From: Harriotta raleighana | Lineage: Eukaryota | Assembly (NCBI GenBank): GCA_050575255.1 | Contig: JBNZDD010013408.1 | Coordinates: 128,599-192,598, forward strand | Direction of reading: 5' to 3' | Length of the DNA stretch: 64,000 nt | Part shown: positions 1 through 13,461 of the stretch, one piece after another | How the letters are laid out: every line of letters starts with the position of its first letter | Position numbering within the stretch: the first letter of the stretch is position 1 | Notes under the pieces: generated by a model | The model's input: the letters and a program-made list of their open reading frames with translations, nothing else | What the model was told of the DNA's origin: nothing | The model's database searches: none | Made by a program: the position numbers and the translations under genes

Positions 1-343
1 TGTATAGATTTGACATACTTTAAGAAGTAAAATAGCCAGATACCAGGTAAGCAGGTCTCAGGATATGGATCAGAAGCCAGTTTGAAATATTTGGGATTTA
101 ATGTTTCTAACACAAAGTATTTTGAACTAAGTAACAAAGTCTCAAAGTTTTGAGTGATACAGTCTCAAGGTACAGAATGCCCCACACACCCCCTCCCAAT
201 TGGCATAAATTTACAATCTCACTCTAGAAATACATAATCAAGCATAGTGATGGAAATGAAAATCTCACACTGGTCAAGCTGCCTGCCAATAGAGAAAGGA
301 GGCAAACTAGGTATCACTGGAGACTGACTGGCTCCAAGGTGGC

Positions 344-665
344 ATAATAATCATCCTTGCGTATGATGTAGCGCTTTTCATGTCTTCTAGACATCTCAAA
401 GCACTTCACAGAATATACTGTAAAGTGAATTGATTGTATATTTGTGGGTGAAGTGCAGCAGCGAATTGCGCAGAGCAATGTTCCACAAACAGTCGTGGAT
501 TGAAATTAACAATTTATTATCGTTTTATTTTAGAGGGATTATTATCAGGTGTGTGGAGTAAGAAAATATACTCCACTACCAAAAGGTTTCGCCCTGCCTG
601 GAATTGAACTCTTGTCTCTTGGGGTGCAAGACAAGTGCTCTACCCACTGAGCTACAGAACTCCAC
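344..665 (-). mobile_element. tRNA-derived Deu-domain SINE (elephant-shark SINE2-like), near full length
   Basis: Reverse complement reads gtggagttctgtagctcagtgggtagagcac...gttcaattcc (Pol III A/B boxes), central gcgcaatt-gctgc core, tail tgtgaagtgctttgag...gcaaggat(tat)n. Confidence 0.9.
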
Positions 666-819
666 AATATCATGTCTGGCTAAGAGAGAGCAGAGTGGAG
701 TTGGCATTCCTCATGGTTTATCTAATCCAAACTGTGGAACTGCCAAACAGTCTCTGCTTCTCAAATCAAACCTGAAGTTACAGATTCATTCAATCTAATG
801 GATTTTTTTTTTCTTTCAG

Positions 820-931
820 TGCGGGGATTGCTGTTGGTTTCTATGGGAATGGTGAGACCAGTGATGGAATCTTCAGGTTAACTTATTCAATGCGACATGC
901 GAATCGCACTATCGCAGGAGTTGAATACCTG
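820..931 (+). CDS. TTYH3: TTYH3 coding exon 3 (exons 1-2 lie upstream of the window)
   Basis: ttctttcag|T...CTG|gtaagt; 112 bp; encodes (S)AGIAVGFYGNGETSDGIFRLTYSMRHANRTIAGVEYL, matching the Tweety-3 AGIAVGFYGNGETSDG motif. Confidence 0.96.
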
Positions 932-3015
932 GTAAGTGTAGATTTGTAATAATTGTCCTTTTCAGGAAACCTGATTTTCCAGAATTCAGTCTTGGAGACA
1001 CACCCCCCCCCCCAAAAAAAAATGCTTTCCGGTGAACTCAATAGACAAATATTGTCTGCTGTATTAATAGAAATTAACGAGCTCATATTTTCTGTGTTAA
1101 TAGAAACCTAAGGAGCATTCAGCAATCTTGTAATGATTTGTGAAGTGGTCTGATATTACATGAGAGAGGTTTGGAATATGGTTACCTGCCAGCTATGTTC
1201 TAGATACGGGGGAGGTTGTAAAAACATGAGACCAGATGGGCCAAAGAGCCTTCTTCACCCGAAGAAACAACTGCAGATGTGGTTAATCTATGTGATTTTT
1301 ATACCAGTGTCTGAAATTGATTTTATACGATTGTCTGAAATCTCTTTTATACGAGTGATTGAGGGGGAGAAAGAGAAAGTATAGGGCATTAGTGGATAAT
1401 AAAAGTACCAAGATAGGAATAAATGAAAGTAATGCAGAAAGTATTGAGGGTTTTCTGGGTCATTGGATGTTTCTCATTCAAGTGTAAGTTCATTTTTGCT
1501 CCTTTGAAGTATCTTGTGGGTAGTTCAAAGTGTTACTTAGCATGGAATAAAATGTTGTGAATGACTTTCTGCCAGCCAACCCATTTCTTCTGTATTTGAC
1601 TGCAGTTAAAATGAAAATTCAGCAGTTTTGTGGAATCTTTTCTGTCTTGAGAAGGTTTGCATATTTTAAAAAGTTTGTTTCCTTAGGGTCCTCTGTACCA
1701 TATTAGTGAAGGCTCTGATAACTGAGCTTTTTTTCTCCTACTCTTTTTAAGAGTATTCTCTTTTGCACAGTACAAGTATTTTTTAGTGAAGCTTCTGTTC
1801 AACAGAATAACGTTTTCCAACTGCAATTTTAGGAAATTGTTTTTATGTGCATGCATGCTCCATAAAATGTTCCATAACCTGTGAATTTTCAAAGGCTATA
1901 GATGCAACAACAATAAAATTAGATTTGTAGAGCGTCTTTCACGTCGGGAGTACTTCCCATTCCTGCAAATGGAGATCAGAGCTAGTTCAATATAGTAGGG
2001 AATTTTAGAAAGGAATGAAGATTAATTATCTAAAAGGTCATAAGGAAAACAACAGTAAAATGAAGTTCATACTCCATTGAATGATAAGTATAACACAGCC
2101 AGGATAGGTTGAATGATGCCCTGACTTGGGCAACGTTCAGTGCCTTGGGACGTCCTCCCAGAGTGTACAAATGTAATTTTGTTGTTGGTGTATTACAATA
2201 TATTCTTTAATCTTAAAAAAAATTCAAATGCATTGGTAAAATAGTTAAATTGTAATCTGAAATATTGCAATCTGTAAGTTTAAATTTGATCTTGTTAGCA
2301 TTCATCATGAAGGCTAAACCCTAGCATGTTTTTCCCGTTAATGGGTGGGCAGATGAACACATCTCAAGATCTTTATTCAGAATAAAACTCATTAGAATGT
2401 TCACAAACTGTTTGGTTTCAAGAAGCAAGCATGAGCCAGCAGCTAGACTTGAAGGAAGAAAGGGATCAGTGTTTCTCTAACAATTTGTATTTTTAAAACA
2501 AAAGCCTTTCTTACAGACTTCATTCATCACAGAGCCCTGAAGTTAAACCTTTGGCTGTGTGAAATAGTGAAGCGGGTGCATTCCAATGATTGTAGCCACA
2601 GAAATTCCCCACAGGGTGCATCCGCTTCCTAGCACTGATGTCATGGTGTTCTGATTCCAAAGTAGTTTAGAACCAATTTTTATACTGCCTTTAAAAAATC
2701 TTTGACTGCTCTGAAATGTTGCATTATTGATGGAGGGGAAGAAATAATGTGCAATAATACCAAGTTTAAAACATCAGAAGTAATCAAAATTTGGTGTCCT
2801 GCCTATTTGCAAGGGAAAATGCACTAAATCTAAATAAGTCCAATTTTTATTTGTAATTAATCCTTTAGGTCATTATTAGAGGTTTTGTTTTGTGTCTATA
2901 TATATTCCTCTTTTCTGCCCCCACTCCTTGTTGTGCTGACTCCTTTCTGTCATACAATATACATGTAAAGATTTGAGGACAAGACACTAATACAGTGGTT
3001 TCTGCTTGCTCTTAG

Positions 3016-3236
3016 GTGTCGGAGAGCACTCAAGATCTGAATCATACAGTCGATATAAACCTCCAACAATTGGAGATAATATTCATCAAAAAACCGGATT
3101 ATCTGGAAAAAATACGAAAGTCAAAGGGCCGGCTTAATGAGCTTGTCAGACAACTAACCGAAATTCCATTTTGGGAAAACAGTGATCTATCTTTGGAAGA
3201 TCTAGCGGTCCGCACAGAGCTGTATGACTATTACAG
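3016..3236 (+). CDS. TTYH3: TTYH3 coding exon 4
   Basis: cttag|GTG...TACAG|gtatgc; 221 bp; VSESTQDLNHTVDINLQQLE...IPFWENSDLSLEDLAVRTELYDYYR; phase compatible with both neighbours. Confidence 0.95.
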
Positions 3237-3421
3237 GTATGCATCATTTAAAATCTGATTATTGCTGACAATATTAGTGTATGCTTTTTTGGTGGAGATG
3301 TATCTTGATGATTTTACTACAAGTTGAACACCACAACTAGCACACTTGAATTTTAACAGTCATTTTTTATTTTGATTGTTTCTACCTATCCACCCTTGCT
3401 AAATTCTTTCTAATTATTTCT

Positions 3422-3724
3422 ATTCTGTAGCTCAGGGGTTGGAGCCTTACAAGCGAGAGACCTGGGTTCAATTCCAGGCAGGGTGAAACCTTGGGCAAGT
3501 TTCCTTACTCCACACGCCTAATAATAATCACTCCAAATTTTTTTTTAAAATTGTCATTTCAATTCAAGCACTGGTTCCCTATCCATTGCTGTGCGCAATT
3601 GGCTGCCACATTTCTCCCACATACATACAGTCAATTCACTTTACAGTATATTCAGTGAAGCACTTTGAGATGTCTAGAAGAGGTGAAATGCGCTATATCA
3701 AATGCAAGGATTATTATTATTATT
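3422..3724 (+). mobile_element. Same SINE family, near full length
   Basis: tgtagctcagg...gggttcaattcc head, ccttgggcaagtttccttactccac, gctgtgcgcaattggctgcc, tail caaatgcaaggattattattat. Confidence 0.9.
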
Positions 3725-3764
3725 TAAGATGCGTTTCTTTTCAACTCATTTAAATGTTTGTTTC

Positions 3765-4467
3765 CTGGTCCATGCCTTTGTCACCTCTCGGCTGGACTAT
3801 TCCGATGCCCTAAAAAAACACAGAAGTTGCTGGGGAAACTCAGCAAAGCAGGCAGCATCCTTTCTCCACTTCTCTTGTGTTTTTTTCAGATTCCCAGCAT
3901 CTGCAGTATTTTGTGTTTTATTCCAATGCTCTCCTTGCCGGTCTCCCCTCCACCACAATCCATAAAATCCAACTCATCCAAAACTCTGCCGCCCACATAC
4001 TCACCCGCACCAAACTTCGCTTCCCCCATTACCCCAATCCTTTCCAGACTTCACTGGTTCCCTATCCAGACAGGATCGATTTCAAGATCCTCACCGTGGT
4101 CTTCAAATCCCTCCAATCCTCTGCACCCTCGTACCTCTCTGACCTCCTCTCTCAAACCAGCTCCTGTTGCCTTTGCTCCACTGGGTCTGGCCTCCACCAT
4201 GTCCCCTGAATCCTACACTTCACCCTCGGGCGGCCGTGACTTCAGCCACTATGCCCCGAGGCTCTGGAATTCCCTTCCTCACTATCTTTGCCTCGCCCCC
4301 TCTTTTCTCAGCTTTAGTCCCAGCTGAAGACCTTTCTTTCGACCGTGCCTTAGGTCATCTTTCTACCCCTGCCCCTGGCTTGGGACCGGAATCCGCTTTT
4401 GTGAAGCGCTCTGAGACGCCGTCCGGCGTGGAGGGCACTATATAAATTGTTGTTGTTGTTGTTGTTA
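3765..4467 (+). mobile_element. L2-clade LINE 3' fragment (RT C-terminus plus tail), interrupted at 3812-3918
   Basis: LVHAFVTSRLDYS / YSNALLAGLPSTTIHKIQLIQNSAA / PITPILSRLHWFP / RIDFKIL / APRLWNSLP across frameshifts; ends gagggcactatataaatt(gtt)n. Confidence 0.9.
3812..3918. mobile_element. Short inverted-end insertion of the Penelope-like repeat family, with target-site duplication
   Basis: Flanked by tattccgatgccct (3798-3811) and tattccaatgctct (3919-3932); shares sequence with 36068-36203 and 52555-52860. Confidence 0.65.
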
Positions 4468-5689
4468 TCGTTTCAAGCTTGGCTTGTTCTTCCCTTGCTG
4501 TGATTTTTATATGCATTCTCGCATTGTTGAATGTCAAACTGGAAGCACAAATGATTCACCACATTGTTCCTCTGTGACTAATGATGAAGTCGCTAGCTCT
4601 CCTCTTTTGCTAATTGTCAGTGATTCAGGCATTTCAAGAAGGACATTTCTATGATGAACTTTTAAAGAGGACATGCTATCTGTGATCTGAAATGCTGAAG
4701 TGTCTGAAAACACTATTGTAACTTTGATAGGTTAAAAACTTGTCATTTTTATGAAAAACAAATGTTTATTGTTATCTGAAAATTTCAGTCCAGAATGGAA
4801 ATTTGCAAACAGCCTTTTCTTTGTGCAGTAAATCATCACTCCAATAATTTGTGTAATGTGTTAGGATTGCACCAAATCTTAATGAGACTGTTCTTGTCAG
4901 AATCTTGGCTGCTTCGAAAATTATCTGGCAGTTCCATAAACACTAAAATGTCATTAGAGTAACTTGCAAACTCTTTGTGGTGTTTTCACCAAATATGGAA
5001 AGGAACATTTTATCATCAGGCTAAGTCTTCTTTTCAATACTGGTACAGTATAGCCTTTGTGCCTGCTTGTTTGTCCATGAAGGTAGGCAGATTTCAATAC
5101 TGTGCTGAGTGTTTCAAGGAAAGGGTGATGTTGCTTTTTATTCTAGCAGATGGTCTTATCTGAATGGTTTCATTCTTTAGAATTCTTTAGAATCAGCTCT
5201 TGAAATTTAAGGTCAACAAAAACTGGCCACAAAGAGCGGCTGAAGATGACTGTGGTTATAAACATTACTCTGTTTAAATCACAACAAAAAATTTAAATGT
5301 TTTAATTAAAACAGTTAAGTGGCAATTGTTAAATAACTGTTATTGCAAATTATATCAGATGCTGTTGAGTGTCAATGAACTCTAGTTATTTTGTGCCTTT
5401 GTCCTTTCATGATAACATTCAAGTAACCCTTTGAATGCTCATTTGCTGTCTTTACTTTTTTTTCATAATTGTGAAATAGAAATGTATTTCTATAAATTCT
5501 GTAAATTGTCAATTGATACCAAGCTCTAAATATTATTAATCTTGTTATACATTCTGTCCTATTGGTGAAGAAATGCTACAGAAATGCTCGAACAAAGCAC
5601 AATTGTTTTTAACATATTGGTCTAGATTAAGTGAACGACCCCCGCCATTCATTGGAGCTAGGGAGGCTAAAAGTAATACCTGAAAATAT

Positions 5690-5790
5690 TTCATTATGCA
5701 AAGCACTGAAAATTTGGAATGCACTACTCCGGAAGGCCGTTACTGCAGAATTAATTGAGATGTTTAAAAGGGAAATTGATAAAGGCAGTA
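5690..5790 (+). mobile_element. Degraded CR1 LINE remnant just upstream of the exon 5 acceptor
   Basis: Translates as KIWNALLRKAVTAELIEMFKREID, like the CR1 ORF2 C-terminus (WNxLP..V.A.....FK.ELD). Confidence 0.6.
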
Positions 5791-5823
5791 AAGCTGAATC
5801 CTTTGAATATTTTTTGTATATAG

Positions 5824-5919
5824 GTGGCTGGGATACCTTGGTCTACTACTCTTCGATGTTCTTATCTGTCTTCTGGTGCTGTTTGGACTGATCCGAAATT
5901 CAAAAGGAATCCTTATTTG
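5824..5919 (+). CDS. TTYH3: TTYH3 coding exon 5 (transmembrane helix)
   Basis: tatag|G...TG|gtaagc; 96 bp; WLGYLGLLLFDVLICLLVLFGLIRNSKGILI. Confidence 0.96.
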
Positions 5920-7521
5920 GTAAGCATAGCAACTACTTTTTATACACTTTGGATAAACTTCCTTGTTGTTTGAATAAATGTACTGTTGGGATTCTGGAGC
6001 TTAGTATATGAATGTGTTAAGATGTTGAGTGGAAATATTCTCATGGGTTGAGAGTTGCTCAGGCCATGAGGAAGAGAGGAAATTGTTTTGATCCTTATTG
6101 CTGTGTCACTCTTGCCGACTACAGTGCACCTCATTTGTTTACTTGCACAGTCAGGGTATGATCGGTAGTGCTGAGCATCAGAACTTCGAAGATAAATGTG
6201 TTTTAGATTTATTTACTTGCCCCATTTTGAGCCATTTTAATTGTTTAGTTGTTCAGCATCGTCTTTTTTCATTTTTTTTATTGCAGCATGCATAACTTGA
6301 GAGTATTCTATATATATCAATCAATCAAAATTACATTTAAATAATTTTTATATATCTTGTTTACATTACAAGTGGAATATTTTAAGTAAATTTTCAGGGA
6401 TGTGTAACTAAGCTGTTTAGTTGTTCTCTTGAATGTACTATCTTGATTATTATCCTGTACTCAAGCATGGTACAGAAGATCTAGCGGAGGTGGGGATATG
6501 GGGAGGAGATTAAAAGGTCTATCTGCCTTCATTTTCTGAGCTTGTCTTCTGCATGATATTAAGTGTCATTCATGACCAGTGAAAAGGGTGCTCCATCAAT
6601 GATTTCAGTGTATCAGTATCACTACAGTATCTGTTGTCAACAATAACTTGCAATTATATAGTGCCTTTCACTCTTATGATGTATTGACTTGCATTTTCTA
6701 CAGTATTGGATCTGTCAATAAATTAGTCTTAAGTTTATTATGTATCTTATTTCAGTAAGATGCAGATGTCTTATTTTTGACAATCTTAATTTAGGATTAT
6801 GGTGGTATGATATTGAGAATGGGTTCATGTACCAAAAACCTACAATATGAATTTTATATTGAAATGGATTTCAGTTCACAGAAATGAAATTATTTCAAAA
6901 GTACAGATTTTGTTTTGATACTACGATAAATCTTGGATATTGATTACAAAGATGCAAACTTGGCTTTTTTTTAGTTTTCCTCCACTCTTGAGATTGAAAG
7001 CTTTGTGATTCCACAATAACTTGAGTTGAATCAATAATTCAAGCAATAGTAAACTTGTACTTTAATTAATATCACATTTGAGAGCTTAAATGGAAAGTAT
7101 GAAATGAATTTATTGAGAGCAGAAAGAATAGTAGCATTGATACATGAAGACCAGACCTCTGACTGTATTGCCTTTCTTTGGATCCTGTTTTTATGAACTG
7201 TGCTTGTGGAAATTATGGTATTCTGAAAAATTTGAGCTGCTGTGGAATCCTAGCAAATAGCTGCATGTGATGAGCTATTAGAAGCAGCAGATTCGTATTG
7301 TAAGATTTTATTTTTTGCAACCTTGAAAATAACTTTACAAAAGCTCATCTATTAGCTATTAGGATTTGCATTGTGAAAATGATTACAAAGCATCCCATTG
7401 TTGTGTAGATGTGCCACTTGTTGTAGATGTTCCACTGTAAAGTCAGTATTGTACAGCCTTTCATGAAGGATGGCTTTCTTTTCATGCACTCGTGCTGATC
7501 GTCTCTTCTCTTTGTGCATAG

Positions 7522-7594
7522 TGCGGCTCTCCTGGGAGTGATGACTTTGATTATCAGTTGGACATCATTGGGTCTGGAACTAGCAGTTTCAGCG
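7522..7594 (+). CDS. TTYH3: TTYH3 coding exon 6
   Basis: catag|T...GCG|gtgagt; 73 bp; AALLGVMTLIISWTSLGLELAVSA. Confidence 0.95.
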
Positions 7595-8943
7595 GTGAGT
7601 GATTCGCACGTACCTGCTGCAGATTAATGGGCACAGATTGTATGTAACTACCAGTATGGAAAATACTCAAGAGAATGGAACTTTCAGATGTTCTTTTATT
7701 CCCTCCCATCCACCCCCTTCCTTTGACTGTGATTTATTAAATTCTATTAACTGTGGCCTGTTTATAGGTATCATTCAAATGTCTCCTTATTTTACCTTGA
7801 TTTGAAATCTGTATCCAGTGATAGATTGTTGAAAATTTATACAAGAGAACCCCCACAAAACAGTGCCCGTCATTCAATATAGTGTTATCTGGCTTTGCAC
7901 TAACTGAAAGAATGTTACACTCAGCTGCCAGCATTCACCAGCTGGCTTATTGTGCCAAAAAATTGCCGAAAGTCTGGTGGGTGCAGGTAATACTGATGTG
8001 ATTTCCTATTTGCTATGTGTGCCATTGTAGCAGCTGGAAGTTGATCATTTCTCAATACCTCACTTTATTCGGTTGGTGGGACATTGGACTCAGCCAACAG
8101 CATTGTAAAGAGTTGTACCAGTATTAAAGCATGACAGATATTTGGATTAAAATTGAATGCATTCCACCATCTGTCTTTTGTCATGACATCAGTATCATCC
8201 TCCTTGTTCCATTGTAGAGATTCCCTGCTGTCAGGTTCGATGTGGAGAAAACATGAGCAACAATGTCTTTCTTTCACTTGACCCCTTCTGTTTCCATATA
8301 GTAGAGAGTCTTGTCTCACAGATGTAATTGTCAGTTTATTTATCCCTCCATGTCATTGGTTGTTCTTACAATGCACTTAGTGGAAAAAGTGGAGGCGAGA
8401 GAGTCATCATAATTATGATTGCTGGAAAAATATTCAATCAGATTGCGCAAGATTAGTTTCAATTTGCAAAGTTGCTTCAAAGAATTGGCAGCCTTTGAAA
8501 CCAAGCTGCACCAAGAGTCGTCTCTTCAAGAGAAAATCAATGGGAAAATAATAATTAAAATAAATTTATTATTTAAAAACTTTTTATTTAAAAAATTTAG
8601 TTTGTCCAGGTGATAAGTTTGGTGTATTTTTGGAGCCTGTGTTTATAGTCTGACAATGTTCACAATAGATATGATGACAGTTATTGAAACATTCTTGTCT
8701 TCAGTTAATATGAAAAGATAGGCGGACAGCTGGGATAACCACATCATTATATTATCGCAGGATCACTGTTATAGAACATTACCTTTATATCGAAGACCAA
8801 TGTTGGGTGGATCAGTTGGTCAGACTTGACTTGTCTTTTTGATACAAATTGATTGGCCATCATTCCTTTCTTACTGGTGTACAGTCTTGTTGACTATTGC
8901 TTAAGTCCAAAATTTATTAATTGTTTTTACATCTTTTGATCAG

Positions 8944-9019
8944 GGTTCCAGTGATTTCTGCGTCTCTCCTGATGTATACGTATCCAAAATGGCAGAGGAG
9001 AATGAGGTTATTTTTAAAG
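8944..9019 (+). CDS. TTYH3: TTYH3 coding exon 7
   Basis: atcag|GGT...AAAG|gtaaag; 76 bp; GSSDFCVSPDVYVSKMAEENEVIFK, containing the Tweety SDFC motif. Confidence 0.96.
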
Positions 9020-12000
9020 GTAAAGTGCGCTTGAATATGGAGAGAGAAAAAAATGGAACTAGGGGTGTTAGACCATCTCAACTCAAGTTAGCTTTGGGAA
9101 GAGGCTTTGTAGCATCTGGAGACCTCCCATTCTCTCTGGGGGAGGGTATTCTGGGCTGGTCCTCAGGCCATTTGGAAGTGATGGGCTCCATTAAAATGAA
9201 TGTGCAGTAGTTTCTACACTTATGAAGTCATAAATCCAATAACTCAGATATTCAGTATTTGTCACAAATATTTTCTTTGTGTTAATTAATGGGGTTGAAT
9301 TGTCAGGTGTATTATATAATAATGATCCTTGCACTTGATATAACTCCTTTCATGTCCGGAGGATATCCTAAGGTGTTTCACATGATTCACTGGAAAATGT
9401 ATTGACTAGTTTTTATAAAAATAAGATAGTTATTTAACTCCTGCTTTCAAAGAGCTAACTTTTGATCTTAAATTTCTGCAAGGGTTGCGTTTGCAGATTT
9501 TTGCTTGATACTATTAATAGGAGCATGGCAATATCAGACAGCAAAGATAATCATTTATGGCAGGAGTTTCTCCCAATGTGAGACTTAAACAAGTAGTCCT
9601 GCCTCCAGTAAAACAGTGCCAGAGACAATTCAATCACATATAATTTGTTTGCTTATGTACCAATAGCATTTGAAAAGAATTCATTAATAATGGAATGTTT
9701 ACATTTTCCTCCCCAAATTAAGTCTGTTCATGTGCGACTTAATAAATATACACATCCTTTTATGATTGTTCCTATGTTCAGAGTAAAACCTTTTATTTTG
9801 CACTAATGTGTGAGCTACATTCATCAAGCTTGCATAATACCCCACCCTTACATTTGATACAAATGTACCAGCATAGAAATCTGCTTCAGCTGCAGTGAGG
9901 CAGAATGTTGTCTCCTGCAGGCTTTTGGGACCATGTCAATTATTTATCTGGAAAAAAAATCATGCAATTCCAAACCTTTACAGTTTAAACATTATGTGCG
10001 TCTGCAAACATTCTTGAGTACCATAGGGCATAAGTCTTGTATTTATATAAATGTTAACTCTGGAAAATGTTTTATAGATTTACTATATGGAGGTGTTTAT
10101 AAACTATTCATCTTGTGAAGCTGAAATTATTTAAGAATTTTGTGCTTTTGGCAAATATTGAAAGATTCCAAAAATGATTTCTGCAAGGTTGTGCTAGTGC
10201 CGTCAAGATATTCTAACCCCTGGAATATTTACTGTGTGCTTTGAATGAAATTGAATTGTTTAAAATTGATGTAGTAATCCTGCACTTCTCAAAGAGGAAT
10301 TAAGTGATTATCAATTATTCGGATTTGGGGCTGAGTACAAAGCACTGTACAAACAAATTACATTGTTCATCCAGGTCAGTAAATCTCCGGGGAAAACAGA
10401 TGTTTAAGGAAACTTCCGCTAAGGTTAATGAATTATAAACTAGTCAGAAAGCATGGGATCTGGAATTATAACCTTGCTGTTCTTCAAATGCTGTGCTGTA
10501 ATCGTGCGCATCATCGAGCCTGATCTGTACATCTGGTTGGACCCTAAAGCAGTGTTTAAGGTGACAGCATCCACAATCTTGGTTCAATTAATAGTGAAGA
10601 GACATCTTGTTATAAAATACTGAATTCTATCCTTGATGCTTCATTCAAGCCAGGAAGATAAGTAATCGAATTTGAATTGTATAAATGGTTTTAGACAGCA
10701 GTGCTCCATTATAAGAAACACAGCCCCTTTTTGGTACAGTACAGTAAATTTAAAATATTCTGTAAGCACTGGGTATTTATATAATTCTGCTACAACATGT
10801 TTACAAATGCGTTGAAGAAATTACATCTACAGAGTTCAGAATTTACATGACTTGAAATTTATATTTTCAAGTGTGACAAATAGGATGATTTAACTTACTT
10901 GTTTGAAAACATAGGGAGACACTGGGTCAAATTATTTCATGTTTCAGACACAAAGTTCTTAATAACATTCTCACATGATGAAATATACTGCAGCACCACA
11001 ACAAAGAGTTATAGGTTCAAACTGAGATGAATAAAGTAAATAGACATTTTCAGTTTAATTACTTGTATGTAGGATTGATTAATTTGTGAAAATTTTGCCT
11101 GTGTGGGTGGATAGCGTGGGCATTTTCGAGATAGAATTGGATAGGTTTTTGTTGTCAAAGGGAGGTGCGAGAGAAAAGGAGTGACAGCACAGAATTCTTT
11201 GAATATTGGTACATATATATGTAAATGCAAGTAAAGTGCAAATTGTACCAGCGACGGGGGCATTGATCATGTCACAATTGATTTATTTTCCATATTGACT
11301 TTGGTCAATATGAAGTTTGCCCTGGCTTTAGGTTTTTTTTGTGTGTATCGTGTAGCGGAGTGGCAGAATTATTGGTGTGGTGTGATATTATTCATTTGAG
11401 TTCTGTTATGGTGGTGCAGAGAGTTCATCTGGGTTTCTGGATACAGTATAATGTTCTCGTGGGAAATGTTGCCAGAACATTTTGGGACTGTATTCTTTGA
11501 AGATTCAGCCTTGGTTCATGGTGGAAACTATGTACACTACTCAGATTTGCTGAGTTTAGAATAGGGAGGAGGAGAATCTCAAGAAATATTCCAAACACTG
11601 GATTTGTTCAATTTACTGACAACCAGAGATAATTTTTGTGCCTTGTTTCAGAACATCATCTCTGAAACAATTGGGATACAAATTGTATTGAGGAATTCAA
11701 TGACCTTGATGGAACAATTGTTTGATTGTTCCTTGATTTTATCCGATTTTTGCATTTAAATTGGATCATGTCTGCTCAGCAACTGTTAAACCCTATACTT
11801 TTGGGAACAATAGGCCCTTCACTGTCACACAACTATAATACTTTATTATGTTTCAACACAACTAAAACATTTTGAACAATGTGTTGGACACATTTTTACT
11901 TATCCTCACCTGTGATATAGAAAATTGCCCAACGGGCAAGAGTGAAATGTTGATCTTATTTTAACCATAGATTGGTTTGCTTAGATGTGTATAGATCATA

Positions 12001-12221
12001 CAGAATTTCATCATAATTGAATATTCCTATTTCCACATTTCTTTAAGCATTAAAGGCTTTTAATTGTGAATGAAATTTGTAATTTGGCAAAAATTTCCTG
12101 TGTTCATTCTGTAATAAGCTTAGAGCTGTTTGAATATGGAGTTTCAATTAAACTTTGTAGAAGTTGTTTACCAAATAATTGTGTGAAAGATTTAAAGGTT
12201 TTAATTTTGTTTTATTTGCAG

Positions 12222-12277
12222 AGACTCTGAATTACTACCTGGTTTGTAACGTTGAGTATCCTAATCCTTTTCAACAG
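12222..12277 (+). CDS. TTYH3: TTYH3 coding exon 8
   Basis: ttgcag|AG...CAG|gtgagt; 56 bp; ETLNYYLVCNVEYPNPFQQ. Confidence 0.95.
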
Positions 12278-12856
12278 GTGAGTCATTGCCACAGTGATAA
12301 TGTACACCTGAATTCCTCAGTTAGCTATAGGATGTCCATTGCTTTTTAGGAGATGTATTTTTATATAGAGGATTAATAGCTGTGTAAATGGGAGGACTGA
12401 TTGAGGCAGGATTCTATATTAGTTTTGAATGGATTGCTTTTCAAAGACGGTCACAAACACGATGGGCCAAAGGGCCTTTAATCATTCTAAGATAATTATT
12501 TTGAAGCAGAATATGATGTTGGATGTTCCATGTTCTTGGTGGCAAAGAACTATTTATTTCAATCTAATTGTTTAATGTCATTTGCAGATGGAGATGGCAG
12601 ATAACTGATAAATTTGGTTTAACCTGTCAGCTTCCTCTGTATGACAGAAGTTCTTTATCTTTACTTATTAATTTTCTTTAGTTTTAACCTTGACATATGG
12701 CAATATCCAGATCCATCTAATCACAGAATGAAACTAACTTTACAAACTTGAAATTGAATACCATACTGCTCCTGAGCCTTTGTTGTTGAGACAATAGTAA
12801 TTGTATCATTAAGCAAAAATATCTTAATCCCATTCATTTGTTTTTCTTTCCTGCAG

Positions 12857-12949
12857 AAACTTTCAAGTAGCCATAAAGCTCTGGTGGAGATGCAAGATCA
12901 TGTAACAGAGCTTCTGAAATCAGCTGTACAACAGTTCCCACACTCTAAA
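12857..12949 (+). CDS. TTYH3: TTYH3 coding exon 9
   Basis: ctgcag|AAA...AAA|gtaagt; 93 bp; KLSSSHKALVEMQDHVTELLKSAVQQFPHSK. Confidence 0.96.
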
Positions 12950-13368
12950 GTAAGTAGAGTAGGCCTGCCTTAACTCGTCACCCAAGGATTTTACTGTATA
13001 GTTTCTGAAATGCTATGATATTTACTGCTAAGTTTGTCAATGTTGCATTGAGAGAAATTGCTTTGTATACTAAACCAGACAAAACCAACTTGTCTGTTGA
13101 ATTTTCAGTATATGCAAAGGGTATAAGTCAGGGAACATTGAACACGAACAAGATAAACCTTTATAAACAAAGATAAGCTATGTAGAGTTTGGTTTGTTTC
13201 TTTGTTGTAGGGAAATTGTATTTGTACTGGGCATGCTGCTGTTCAGTATTAACGTTGTTTATCACCAGTTGCAATGGATTTCCCACATAAACCCCACTCA
13301 TGAGACTCACAACTGTGCTATGAATTCTCATTATCTGTGAAAATAATTACTGTTTGTATCATTAACAG

Positions 13369-13461
13369 GAGCATTTGGATCGGATTCAATTAGTATTAAA
13401 CACAACGGAGACCAGCTTGCAACAGTTGACAGCTTTGGTGGATTGTCGCAGTCTGCATATG
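13369..13461 (+). CDS. TTYH3: TTYH3 coding exon 10
   Basis: taacag|GAG...ATG|gtgagt; 93 bp; EHLDRIQLVLNTTETSLQQLTALVDCRSLHM. Confidence 0.96.

Noticed and set aside
600-665. tRNA-like sequence with A and B boxes (also at other SINE heads)
   Set aside because: SINE heads, not tRNA genes; no complete cloverleaf and always fused to the SINE body
3758-4445. Overlapping ORFs of 92-189 aa
   Set aside because: Frameshifted L2 reverse-transcriptase remnants, not host genes
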